DNA from: an uncultured Planctomycetota bacterium | GTDB lineage: Bacteria; Planctomycetota; Planctomycetia; Isosphaerales; Isosphaeraceae | Length of the DNA: 64,000 nt | Reading direction: 5' to 3' | Assembly: GCA_963845755.1 (NCBI GenBank) | Contig: CAWJTV010000033.1 | Coordinates: 448,001 to 512,000 of the forward strand | Shown: one piece after another, positions 11,763-22,077 of the stretch | How positions within the stretch are numbered: position 1 is the stretch's first letter | Layout: the number at the start of each line of letters is the position of its first letter | Made by a program: the position numbers and the translations under genes | The notes under the pieces: generated by a model | What the model was told of the DNA's origin: nothing | The model's input: the letters and a program-made list of their open reading frames with translations, nothing else | The model's database searches: none

Positions 11763-13514
11763 ATGATTCGCCCGTCCCTGGTGCTCATCACGTTCCTCAC
11801 CCTCATCCTCGGCGGCGCCGCGGCGTCCGAGGCCGCCGACGCCCTGCCGATCGTGCTGGCCCAGATCCCCAACCCCTCGTGGCGGGGCCCCGGGATGTAC
11901 TTGAACCTTTTCAAGTTCGTCCCCGTCATTTTGATCTACATCATGTGGGCCTGGACCACGGACTGGGTCGAGCACGATACCCAGGACTTGAACAACCTCA
12001 AGTTCGGCACCTGGAACACCGTCATTTTCTTGTCCGGCGTGCTGGGGCTGGTGCTGGTGCTGATCCTGCCGATCTATCCGATCGGGCTGGGACTGCTGCT
12101 CCTGGCTTACTTCATCCCCCTGTTCTCCTACGTCTACGCCCGGAACCAGACGGTCCCCGACGACCAGAAGGTGCTGACCCCCTATCACATCGGCGAGGTG
12201 GCCAATAGCGTGATCATGAAGATGGGGATAAGGCCGCTCTTCAACAAGGATGTCGGGCATGTGGATCGGGCCGGGCCGCCGATCCAGTTCGTCGGCAAGA
12301 CCCAGGGTTCGGCAAAGGAAGATCCGTCCCGCGTCAGCCAGGCCGAGGAATCGCGGTCGTTCATGGCCGCCAAGGAGCTGGTCTACGACGCCATGCTCCG
12401 CCGGGCGACCGACATCCACCTCGAGCCGACAGTCGAACAGCTCTCGGTGCGGTACCGGATCGACGGCATCCTCCACGCGGCCGAGCCGTTCGACCGCCCG
12501 ACCGGCGACGCGGTGGTCAACGTCTTCAAGGTCCTCTCGGCGATGGATATCTCCGAGAAGCGCAAGCCGCAGGACGGCTCCTTCGGCGCCCGGCTCCAGG
12601 GACGCGACCTGGATTTCCGCGTGGCGACCTCGGGCTCGAAGGCCGGCGAGAAGCTGGTCATGCGAATCCTCGACAACAGCACCGGGGTCACCAAGCTCGA
12701 GGACCTGGGGATGCGGCCCAAGTTGATCGAGCAGGTCCGCGGCGTGGTGACCCAGCCCCACGGGATGTTCCTCTGCTGCGGCCCGACCGGGGCCGGCAAG
12801 TCCACCACGCTCTACGCATCGCTCCGCGAGATCGACCGCTACCAGCGGAACATCATCACCGTCGAAGACCCCATCGAATACCAGATGGACAACATCACCC
12901 AGATGGAGGTCAACACCAAGGCGGGCCAGACCTTCGCCGCCATGCTCCGGTCGATCTTGCGGCAAGACCCCGACGTCATCATGGTCGGTGAGATCCGCGA
13001 CCAGGAAACCGCCTCGATCGCCTGCCAGGCTGCCAATACCGGCCACATGGTCTTCTCCACGGTCCACTCCAACGACGCCGTGACCTCGCTGTTCCGCCTT
13101 CTGGATCTGGGCGTCGAGCCGTTCATGATCGCCTCGGCCCTCTCGGCCGTCCTGGGCCAACGCCTCGTCCGGCTCCTCTGCGAGGCCTGCAAGGAGCCCT
13201 ACAAGCCCAAGCCCGAATTCCTCAAGAAGGCCAATCTCCCGGCGGACAAGGTGGATGTCTTCTACCGCCGCCCCGAGAACCCGGAGCAGGTCTGTCCCCA
13301 ATGCGGCGGGACCGGCTACTTCGGCCGGACCGGCATCTATGAGCTCCTGGTGGTCACCGAACCGATGCGCGACATGATCCGCGAGAATCCGTCGATCAAC
13401 AAGATCAAGGCCGAGGCCCGCAAGGCGGGCATGATCTACCTCCAGGAGGACGGCCTGCGTCAGGTCATCCAGGGCCGGACGTCCATCGAGGAGCTGCTTC
13501 GCGTCGTCAAATAG
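11763..13514 (+). CDS. GspE/PilB family assembly ATPase with N-terminal transmembrane segments
   Basis: ATDIHLEP, YRIDG, PQDG, GPTGAGKST, RQDPDVIMVGEIRD and zinc motif CEAC...CPQC. Several hydrophobic helices in the first ~125 aa. Confidence 0.93.
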   Translation: MIRPSLVLITFLTLILGGAAASEAADALPIVLAQIPNPSWRGPGMYLNLFKFVPVILIYIMWAWTTDWVEHDTQDLNNLKFGTWNTVIFLSGVLGLVLVLILPIYPIGLGLLLLAYFIPLFSYVYARNQTVPDDQKVLTPYHIGEVANSVIMKMGIRPLFNKDVGHVDRAGPPIQFVGKTQGSAKEDPSRVSQAEESRSFMAAKELVYDAMLRRATDIHLEPTVEQLSVRYRIDGILHAAEPFDRPTGDAVVNVFKVLSAMDISEKRKPQDGSFGARLQGRDLDFRVATSGSKAGEKLVMRILDNSTGVTKLEDLGMRPKLIEQVRGVVTQPHGMFLCCGPTGAGKSTTLYASLREIDRYQRNIITVEDPIEYQMDNITQMEVNTKAGQTFAAMLRSILRQDPDVIMVGEIRDQETASIACQAANTGHMVFSTVHSNDAVTSLFRLLDLGVEPFMIASALSAVLGQRLVRLLCEACKEPYKPKPEFLKKANLPADKVDVFYRRPENPEQVCPQCGGTGYFGRTGIYELLVVTEPMRDMIRENPSINKIKAEARKAGMIYLQEDGLRQVIQGRTSIEELLRVVK

Positions 13515-13623
13515 TTGCTCTGCTCCCGTGTTCCGTCTTCCGTGTTCAGTTTTCCGTCGATTATCGGTTCACAAACTGAACCCCAAAAACGAGGCGCGCG
13601 GAGCGAGCCTAAGAGGTGATTCC

Positions 13624-14324
13624 ATGAAAGTGGTGCTCGACCTGATTATCGCCTTTCTCGTCCTCGGGCTGACCTACGTACTGACCAGCGAAGGACTTTG
13701 GGGCGCGGCCTTGATGTTCTTCAACGTCCTGTTCGGGGCGATGATCGCCCTCAATTTCTACGAGCCGCTGGCCAAGCTCATCGACTCGACGGGCCTCAAC
13801 TGGGGATTCTCCGACACGCTCTGCTTGCTTCTGCTGTTCTCGGCGTCCGTCATGCTTCTGCGGATGACCGTCGAAACGGTCGCACCCGCCCAGGTGCGGT
13901 TCCCCGTGCCGATCTATCAAATCGGCCGGTTAGTCTTCGGGCTGGGTGGCGCGGCGATCACACTCGCGATCATCATCCTGGCGTTCCACTGTGCACCGAT
14001 CCACAAGAAGATGTTCCAGGCGGTCCAGTACGATACGAGACCGCCGTTCGGACTGGGCCTGGACCATCACTTCCTCGGGCTGTTCCAGAACGAGACCGGA
14101 GGTCCCTTCGCGCAAGTACGGCGCGAGGGCAGCGCGATCCCTTCGGCGAATACGGCGACAAGAACCGGCTGAAGCTCTTCGACCCGAAGGGGGAGTGGCT
14201 GATCAATCACCAGAACGCACGCCCCTACGGGACGGAGACCATCCCGGCATCGGACGAGCCGGCCAAAGGAGGCGGAGCCGAGGGTGGACAGTCCGAGGCG
14301 GCCGCAGGGAGCCCTCCCGCGTAG
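13624..14324 (+). CDS. CvpA-like membrane protein (frameshift near 14115)
   Basis: Four hydrophobic helices and the EGLWGA...ALNFYEPLA pattern. The C-terminus continues in the frame ending at 14324. Confidence 0.65.
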
Positions 14325-14420
14325 GGTCCCGTTCACGACGGCGATCGGCTCCGAGTCATCGAAGTGCGGGTGAACCCCCGATCCGGATCGAATCCGGCCG
14401 GGCAAGGGGGATCACGCCGC

Positions 14421-14972
14421 TCATGGCGATTCCGGGAACCCTTTTTCCCCCTTGGCATAGCTCTGGAGCTCCACCAGTTCGAATCGAGATTGAGCTGTCG
14501 TCCCGGCTGCGATCGAAGTATCCAACCGATAGACCGCGACCTGGTTCGTCGTCGTCTCGAAGACATAGAGCGGTGCCCAGCCCGAGCTATATTGCCCGAT
14601 CGAGCCGGTCGTCATCAGGAATTGCGGGTCGGCCCCGGGATACAGGTCGAGCTTGAAGTCCGCCACCAGGTCGCGTTCGGCAAACCCATGGATGAGATGA
14701 GTCGTCCGGCCCGTTTGCCGGTAACTGGGGATCGTCGCGAGCAATCGTGCCCCCCTGTAGTCGAGGAAATACACAGCATCGAGCGGGATCGCAGACTTGG
14801 TCATGTCGTCATAACGCAGCAGCACCGGTCCGGTCGCGACGATCGATTTTCCGGAGCGATCCCCCGCGCCGGCACGCAACACGGCCGGCCGCGAGGCCGC
14901 CCCGAACCAGCCCAGAAGAATCCCCGCAACCAGCACGAATCCGGTCGAAATCCGCGAGCGCAAGCCATCCAT
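14421..14972 (-). CDS. Hypothetical exported protein
   Basis: AGGAG RBS, N-terminal hydrophobic segment, 183 aa. Confidence 0.7.
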   Translation of the reverse strand: MDGLRSRISTGFVLVAGILLGWFGAASRPAVLRAGAGDRSGKSIVATGPVLLRYDDMTKSAIPLDAVYFLDYRGARLLATIPSYRQTGRTTHLIHGFAERDLVADFKLDLYPGADPQFLMTTGSIGQYSSGWAPLYVFETTTNQVAVYRLDTSIAAGTTAQSRFELVELQSYAKGEKGFPESP

Positions 14973-15156
14973 GGATTGTCAGCTCCTTCCAGGTAAAGAC
15001 TAGAACTCCCGGCCGGCATTGTGCGACGATCGGATGGATGTGTCCAGATCGCTCATCACCGGTCCTGAGGCCGCGCCTCCGCAGGGAGGCTGAATCCGGG
15101 CTTGCCTCGCCTCTTCAGTCAGTAAGGATTGCCCAGAAACTTGGAGGAGGACCCTG

Positions 15157-16800
15157 ATGTCGTGCTCATGGTGGCTCGTCGGGCTGCTGGTGCTCCCGCT
15201 TCAAGTTCCTCGACCGGACGCGGCGGAAAACGTGGGCCGTCAACTCGAGGCCGCGCGACGGTCGATCCTCGCCCGAGAAACGGCCGATCTGGGGACCTTG
15301 GCCGAAGAATTATCCAGGACGGGCGCCCGACAGGCCGCCGCTGAGGTGCGTGACCGGCTCCCGCATCCCGTGAAGCCGGACGGCGCGACGCGGTTCGTGC
15401 CGTTACCGGATGTCGTGCCGCCTCAACCCGCGAACAAGGCCGGCCCCGGCAAAGCTCGGCTCCTGGAGATTCGATCGCGATCGGCGTCCGAGTTGTTCGA
15501 TCTGGCGAAGCGAGCCGCCGGCTCGGACTCGCCGCGCTTCGCACTGGCGAGCGCATGCCTCCGCGAGGTCCTCGAGCGGCAGCCCGATCACGGGCAGGCG
15601 CGCCGGTTACTGGGCTACGTCTCGCACCAGGGGGGCTGGGCCAGGCCCTACGCGATCCAGCAGCTCCAGAACGGTTACGTCAATCACCCGACGTTCGGCT
15701 GGGTGAAAGCCGACTGGCTGCCCCACCTCGAACGCGGCGAGCTGCCTTCTCCCCCATCTCGGGGCAAAGTCAACTGGCTCCCCGCCACGGATGCTGACCG
15801 GCTCCGAGCCGACTGGAAACCGCCCTGGCAGATCTTCACCGAGCACTTCGAGATCCAGACCAACGTTTCGCTCGCCGATGCCATCGGGTTTGGCCGCCGG
15901 CTGGAAGCCTTGCAAGACCTGTTCATGTCCCTCCTGGCCGACGTCCTGGGCGAGAACCTGCCGCTGGTCCGCCGATTCCGCGAGCCGGCGCTCGTCGGCG
16001 AGCCGGTGAGCAAGCGGCACGTGGTCTACTACTTCGCCTCCAAGCAGCAGTTCGTCGATTACCTCACGCCGAAATACGGAGACGATATCAAGGAGAGTCT
16101 CGGCTTCTTCGATCCTCCCAAGGCGGCCCGCGGCGGTCGCGCACCGGCCTACTTCTACTACTACGCCGATGGACAGCTCCCGGTCGAGGCCAACCTGTAT
16201 CACGAAGTCTCGCACCAGCTCCTCTTCGAGATGGCCGGCCGGAACGCCTATACCGCGAACTTCGGCAACTACTGGGTCTTCGAGGGGCTGGGTACGTATT
16301 TCGAAACGATCGAGCCGCAGCCGGATGGGTCGCTCGAAGTCGGCGGGCTGGTTGGACGCCGCGTCGAAGAGGCGATCAAATCCCTGGTGGACCAGGAACA
16401 GGTGATCCCGCTCGCCGAGTTCGTGGCGCTCGGAGAGAAGCCCTTCATGAACCCGGACCGTCGGCGTTTTCTCCGCTACCAGCAGGCCGAGGCGCTGACG
16501 GTTTTCCTGATGCAGTGGCACGAGGGGACCTACCGCGCGGGCTTTTTCGACTATATCCGCGACGCCTATCGCGGGCGGATCAAGCGCGGGTCGGGACGAA
16601 CGCTGGTGGACCGCCTGGGCCAGCCGTATTCCACGCTCGAGGCCCAGTTCCTGGCCTTCCTCAAGGATGGCCGGGCGCGTGCCCACGCGCCGGAGCCGGA
16701 CAAGTCGGCTTCACACGGCTCCATCCGGACCGTGCCAGCCCCCGAGCCGGCCAAGCCCGCCTCGGCGGGATCGATCCGGACTGTCCCGAAATCCCAGTAA
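15157..16800 (+). CDS. DUF1570-like zincin-fold protein
   Basis: GGAGGAGG RBS, HEVSHQL and WVFEGLGTYFE. A 17-aa tandem duplication (APEP..SA..GSIRTVP) sits at the C-terminus. Confidence 0.75.
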   Translation: MSCSWWLVGLLVLPLQVPRPDAAENVGRQLEAARRSILARETADLGTLAEELSRTGARQAAAEVRDRLPHPVKPDGATRFVPLPDVVPPQPANKAGPGKARLLEIRSRSASELFDLAKRAAGSDSPRFALASACLREVLERQPDHGQARRLLGYVSHQGGWARPYAIQQLQNGYVNHPTFGWVKADWLPHLERGELPSPPSRGKVNWLPATDADRLRADWKPPWQIFTEHFEIQTNVSLADAIGFGRRLEALQDLFMSLLADVLGENLPLVRRFREPALVGEPVSKRHVVYYFASKQQFVDYLTPKYGDDIKESLGFFDPPKAARGGRAPAYFYYYADGQLPVEANLYHEVSHQLLFEMAGRNAYTANFGNYWVFEGLGTYFETIEPQPDGSLEVGGLVGRRVEEAIKSLVDQEQVIPLAEFVALGEKPFMNPDRRRFLRYQQAEALTVFLMQWHEGTYRAGFFDYIRDAYRGRIKRGSGRTLVDRLGQPYSTLEAQFLAFLKDGRARAHAPEPDKSASHGSIRTVPAPEPAKPASAGSIRTVPKSQ

Positions 16801-16813
16801 GCGGGCGGCGCGA

Positions 16814-17056
16814 TTACTCGCCGACATAGGGGAGCAGTGCCATGAACCGTGCGCGCTTGACGGCCGCGCTGGAGGCGCGCTGGAACGCCGCGCAACTGCC
16901 GCTGCGCTTGCGAGAAAACATCTTGTTCTGGTTGGTGCACAGCTTCTTGAGGAGGCCGACGTCCTTGTAGTCCACGTAGGCCGGCCGAGGGCAACCCTCG
17001 GGTGTGCAGAAACGGCAGCGATTCTTGCGGTTGCGTCCGAACTTCTTCCGCGGCAT
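16814..17056 (-). CDS. rpsR: 30S ribosomal protein bS18
   Basis: CRFC...VDYKDVGLLKK...QR...AVKRARFMALLPY. Confidence 0.96.
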   Translation of the reverse strand: MPRKKFGRNRKNRCRFCTPEGCPRPAYVDYKDVGLLKKLCTNQNKMFSRKRSGSCAAFQRASSAAVKRARFMALLPYVGE

Positions 17057-17147
17057 AACCCGTTTTTCCTCAGTCGTTTATGTTCAAGAGCCTCGCTCAG
17101 GGAAGGCGCGCGTCACGACCGGGCGGCCGTAACAACGCGAAACTTTG

Positions 17148-17176
17148 AGGTTACGCGCGAATCGATCGCTCGTCAA
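17148..17176 (-). promoter_or_regulatory. Putative sigma70 promoter of rpsR
   Basis: TTGACG, 17-bp spacer, TAACCT on the minus strand. Confidence 0.5.
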
Positions 17177-17207
17177 GCCCAGCGCGGCAGGAGTTATCAC
17201 CAGCCGC

Positions 17208-17762
17208 TCAAGGTTGCAACCAGTTTTCGCAGCGCAGGTTGGGGACCAGCGAATAGTCACGCAAGTTGGCCGTGATGAAGAGTGCATCATGGACCAGGGC
17301 GATCGACGCGATCTTGAGATCCATGGTACCGATGCGGATCCCTTGCCGGCGCAGACCTGCGCACATGTCCGCCGCACGATCGTCGAAAGGCACGATCTCC
17401 CAATCGCTCAGGACGTTGAACAGTTGCCCCAGGCGGAAATAGGCAGGAGGCTGCCTGCGGATGTCGCGCAGCCTGTGAATGAGGGCCAGCCACCCGCGAA
17501 GCAGCTCTTCCACACTCACGATCGTGCAGGCGACGGGCCCCAAGGCCGCTTCCATTCGCGTGCTCAACAACTCATGCCGCGGGTCGCGTCCATCAGTAGG
17601 GTTGTTCCGTAATAAGGGAGTTTTTCGTCGCAAGTCGTTGAAGGACATCACCTTGTGGGAAACGGTGCTGCTCGCCGTAAGACATTGTCACCAAACGAGT
17701 TGCGACTATTGCAGAACAACCCTAGTGAAAACAGAAAGGTGGTCGGTGTCGAGTAAGATCAC
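17208..17762 (-). pseudogene. vapC: PIN-domain VapC-like toxin interrupted by a 126-bp insertion
   Basis: The GTG start overlaps the upstream stop (GTGA). Reads MILLDTDHLSVFT | insertion with in-frame TAG | DGRDPRHELL...EELLRGW...IGTMDLKIASIAL...TANLRDY. Confidence 0.88.
17598..17723. mobile_element. MITE with 17-bp terminal inverted repeats
   Basis: AGGGTTGTTCCGTAATA versus AGGGTTGTTCTGCAATA (reverse complement), 15/17 identical. Direct repeat AGT at 17595-17597 and 17724-17726; a TA duplication is the alternative reading. Confidence 0.85.
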
Positions 17763-17989
17763 GACTGGGTTTGCGGCTTTTTCCGGCTCCGCGATCGGGC
17801 TCGCTTCCTGTCGGCGTTGCGAACCTTGCGGCCTTCCTCGAAGACCTGCTTCATGAAATCATCTCCAGTGAACGCCCCTCGCGTGCGGCGCCAATCCTTC
17901 GCACGTCCCGTCCCTTCTGGATTGGCAAGCAAGGAACTCACCTGTCGCTCCAAGGCTGCCACCCGCTCTTCAAGCGTCGGTCGGGACAT
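17759..17989 (-). CDS. Putative antitoxin of the PIN toxin
   Basis: 76 aa, GGAGGAG RBS, translationally coupled to vapC (MSRPTLEERVAALERQV...DWRRTRGAF). Confidence 0.75.
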   Translation of the reverse strand: MSRPTLEERVAALERQVSSLLANPEGTGRAKDWRRTRGAFTGDDFMKQVFEEGRKVRNADRKRARSRSRKKPQTQS

Positions 17990-18374
17990 GAACGGACTCC
18001 TCCATCAAAGCAAACGACGTCACGCTCATTCTCGCGACGCCTGCCACGTGAGGCAAGAGAAACCAATGCGCGGGTCCCCAAAGGTGGTCCGGAGCCGTTA
18101 TCGATTCGTTGTTCTTGTCCGAAGGAAGTACCACAATGGTTCCCGGACCCCGTTTCTCGTCACATGACGTGAGGCACGCTCGGCATGTGCGAAAACCATT
18201 GAGAATGCACCTGGCTGCGGCCACAACGGCGGCGATTCGACCTCAATTGGAGATTCAAGGGCTGCCAGCGGGGAACAACTGGTGCCAAATGAAGGGACGT
18301 GCCCGGAGTCTCCGGGCACGTCGGGGTCGGCGGAACGCCGAATGGCAGACGCAATGACCCAGGACGGCGATGGG

Positions 18375-20690
18375 TCAGGCACCGTCCGGACGGACATCGA
18401 GGCCATCGAGACGCGAGGTCGTCCCGACCGAGGCGACGGTCGGGGGCGGCGTCCCGTTGCTGCGGGGTTCGGCTGGCGTGGCGCCCATGGCACCGACGGC
18501 CTGCTGGATCGACTCCATCGCCTGGCGGGTCACCTGTTCGGTGAACGCGCTGAGCTCCGACCCCGCCGGGTGCTCGGCCATCTGGAAGCCCGACTTCTCG
18601 GCGACCAGTAGGCTCAGGAGCAGGCCCATCAGCCCGCTGCCGGCGACCGCGCCCCGCCGGTCAGCATATTCTCGCCACCCGTGCCATTGCCGCCCGCCCC
18701 TCCGGCGATGAAGACACGCTCGGGGACCAACGGCTGGGTGCACTTGGCCAGGTTCTGGGCCACGATCGACAGCGCGTAGAGCCGCGGGTCCGAGAACGAC
18801 TGAATCTTCTGGACAAGCACCGACGCCTCGGATAACCCTTCCTGGAGGATCCGCGCACCTTCACCGCGACCGGCCAGGATCCGCTGCTGGCTCTCGGCCT
18901 GGGCCGTCACGACCACCTGCTCGGCCTGCTTGCGAGCCCGGGCAAGCTGGGCCTCGGCCTCGTTCTCGGCGATGCGGATCTGCACCAGCGAGTTGGAGAG
19001 CTGGGTCTGCATCTGCGCCTGGGCCTGGGCCTCGTTGAGCACCCGGAGGTTCTGGGCCGCGGTGACCTGCTTCGAGTAGGTCTCGACCTGCTCGAGCGAC
19101 AGTTGGCGGAGCCGCAATTGTTCGAGCAGGGTCTCGATCTTGCCACCGGCCTGCTCGGTGTCGGGCTTACCGATCAGGACGTCGACGCACTCGATATCGA
19201 AGTTGTGGAACTTCCGGCCGAGCTCGCTGCTGGACTCGTGCTGGATCGAGTCGCGGTCCTGGAGCAGCTCGAGCATCGTCCGCTTGTGCGCGACATCGCG
19301 GAAGTAGGCGCTGAGCATCGGGTCGAGCGTCTGGGTGATCAGCTTCTTGACGTCGCCGAACCGCTGGATCACGTTCGGGCGCCTTCTGGTAGTCGATATG
19401 GACGACGACCGACAGCGGCAAGGTCGGCTCGTAGGCATCCTTGGTCACCAGGTCGATCGATCGCAGGCTCTCGTCGTAGCGATGCGACTCGGTCCGGCCG
19501 GTGACCCAGTGCAGGACGAAGTTCGTCGTCGGCACCAGGACGATATTCCCCGCATAGGTGTTGAACGCATACTTGCCCGGGCCGAGCGGCTTCTCCAGGA
19601 CGCCGCGCTCGCCCTCGGCAACCCGTTCGCCATGGCGGAACGCCTGGCCCGAGAGGTCCTGGCCGCTCCGGCCGTAATAGCTGACCACCACGCCCACGTA
19701 GCCGATCGGGACGATCGTCTTGGGGATCGATTCGATGCTGGCGAACCATCGGTTGATGAAGTAGGTCCCGTCGGTCAATGGGACGTACTGCAACCCCCGA
19801 CGGCCGCCGGCGCGAAGGAACGCCTCGGGGTCCTGGAAGTTGTTATGGAAGTCCTTGTCGTTGCGGTCGTATCCCACCGCCGGTGCGATGATCTCGCCGG
19901 GCGGCAGCGAAGGTCCGTCGTGGATCGTCACGATCCCCATGCTGTCGACCATCGTGGTCCGGCCGGGAGTCAGCGGGTCGGGCGACTCGATCGGGCCGCC
20001 GATGATCACCGGGCTGAACCCATCAACCTCACTCAGCTCGTTCTGCCAGTTGACCAGCGCCTTGAGCTCCTTCGAGCCCCCGGTCTCGAGGCGATAGACG
20101 GTGTCCTCGGTGATGACCATGAACAGGGCGAGGTTGATGGCATAGACGCCCTCGCGGAGGATCGCCCGCTGCCGTCCCCGCTGACCGACCACCGGCTCCT
20201 GCTCGGGACCCCCGGTCTCCCCGCCGAGGAACCGGCGAGCATCCTGGAAATGGTTGCAGGGAATGACCTGGCCGAGCGTCTGGCTCGGCAGCAGGGCTTC
20301 TCCGTCCCTCGCGTAGAGATAGCCAATCTTCCCTTGCGGCACGGTGACCAGCGGCAGCTTGTGAATGCGGTACTGCCACCGCCAGAGGCCGAAATGCAAG
20401 CCACCGCGGAGCACCTCCGCCTGGAACCCCGCTTCCCCTTCCAGGGCGATGATACCCCCTTCCGGCACCGACCCCTTGTATGACCAGAGCTTCTCGACAA
20501 TCCCGACACGGTTGTTCGCGATGTAACGGACCCCGACGAGTTCGCACGCCACAATCACCAGTGCGACCGCGCCGAGCACCCAGAATAGGCCTGCCGGTAA
20601 CGGCGGCATCGCGGCGAACAACGACGGCAAGCCCAACGTGACAGTCTCCGAAAGGCGAGAGGCCACGCACCCATCCACTAGCGACCCCAC
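18375..20690 (-). CDS. SPFH/band-7 (flotillin-like) protein (frameshifts near 19380 and 18655)
   Basis: N-terminal TM, repeated GxRGxQ..L..G.Y motifs, QTLDPMLSAYFRD and an AE/AQ-rich coiled coil. Spread over three ORFs. Confidence 0.85.
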
Positions 20691-20890
20691 GGCTCGACTC
20701 CTCGGTGAACGGACAGACCTGGGGATGACCGCTCCAACCGGAACATCCCGGCAGGAGCTCCGGTCCCTCGCAGCCTACCCGACCATGCGGGACTCCGAAG
20801 TCGTTCAATCCCCCGGAGTTGACGGTTATTCGTCCCCGGCGTGGAATATTCGAGAAAACCGCCGGCGGTTCTCAGCACACCGGGAAGAAC

Positions 20891-20948
20891 GTAGTTCAGG
20901 CTTTCCCGCATGACGCATTGGGGAGTCAGGCCGGAAAGCCTGACGGAC
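20891..20948. repeat. GTAG-type REP doublet
   Basis: GTAGTTCAGGCTTTCCCGCATGAC plus inverted GTCAGGCCGGAAAGCCTGACGGAC. Same family as 47124-47182. Confidence 0.6.
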
Positions 20949-20975
20949 TCGTGGCGCTTTGAGTAGGATCTCGCG

Positions 20976-21963
20976 ATGTCCCGAACCCTGACCCTGTCGT
21001 TCGAGTTGCTGGAGGCGTTTGTCGCGCTGATCCGGTCCGGCGGCGACGCCGCCCAGGCGATGCGCGCCCTCGGGATCAACCAGCCGGCGATGTCCAAGCG
21101 GCTGCGGCACGTGCAGCACGCCGGGCCGCTGCTGGACCGGCCGTGGGTCGTCCGGCACGGGAAGACCTGGGAGCTGACCGACGAGGGGAAGCGCGTCTGG
21201 CCGGCCGTGCTGGAGCTGGTGGAGCGTCACGAGAACTTGCAGGAGTTCCTCGGAAAAGCCGGCGCGGAGCCGGTCCCCACCGCCGTCCGTTTCGCCTGCG
21301 GGCAACAGATCGTCGCCGGGCTGGTGCGGCAGGCGCTCCATTTGTTCCGCAAAGAGCATCCTCAGGCGGCCTTGTGGATCACAACCCTCCGGGGTCGGGC
21401 GCGGATCGAGGGCGTCTCCAACGGCTCGCTCGACCTGGCGATCGTCACGCATGATGAGCCATCCATCCAAGAGATCGCCCGCCGGCCCCTCCACATCGAG
21501 CCCCTCGCTTCGCACCGACTCGTCCTCGTCGGCGCGAACGATTCTCCCTGGCACCGGGGTCTCCGGGCTCTCTCCAAGACCGGAGTTGATCCCGAGGCCC
21601 TCGCACGGTTCCCATTGATCCTTCCGGAGCCCGACGCCGGGATCCGGCAAGAGCTCGACGCGATCCTGCGTCGCACCGACGTGCTGGGGCAGTTGACCGT
21701 TGCGCTGGAGATCGGTGGCTGGAGAGCCATCCTGGCCTACGTGTCGCGATCGGTTCGGAGTCGGCATCGTTAGCGATGCCGTCCTGGCCGGCGAGAACGA
21801 CCTGATCATCCGGCCGCTCGACCCGGCCATTTTTCCGCCGATCCCGTCCCATTTGATCTGTCGCCGCGCCACCGGCAGAAAAGCGGGCGTCGATCTCTCC
21901 GACGACGCACTCGCATGGCGTAAAGCACTCATGCGAGCGGCCGAGATCAGGCCGGGCTCGTGA
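20976..21963 (+). CDS. LysR family transcriptional regulator (frameshift near 21745)
   Basis: HTH ALGINQPAMSKRLR, ELTDEG and GSLDLAIV. The C-terminus (GVGIVS) is in the next frame. Confidence 0.88.
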
Positions 21964-22077
21964 CGGGCCCCCAAAGACCGAGATCAACGATAAATTTCGT
22001 TCTTTTCCTCGACGCACGCCGTATAATAGACGCGCCAATCCAGACCCATGTCCGATCCCACGCGAGGAGCAGGCGTC

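Noticed and set aside
16814..17056. Stand-alone rpsR as a sign of horizontal transfer
   Set aside because: The sequence looks ordinary, it has its own promoter, and nothing shows that it is a second copy.
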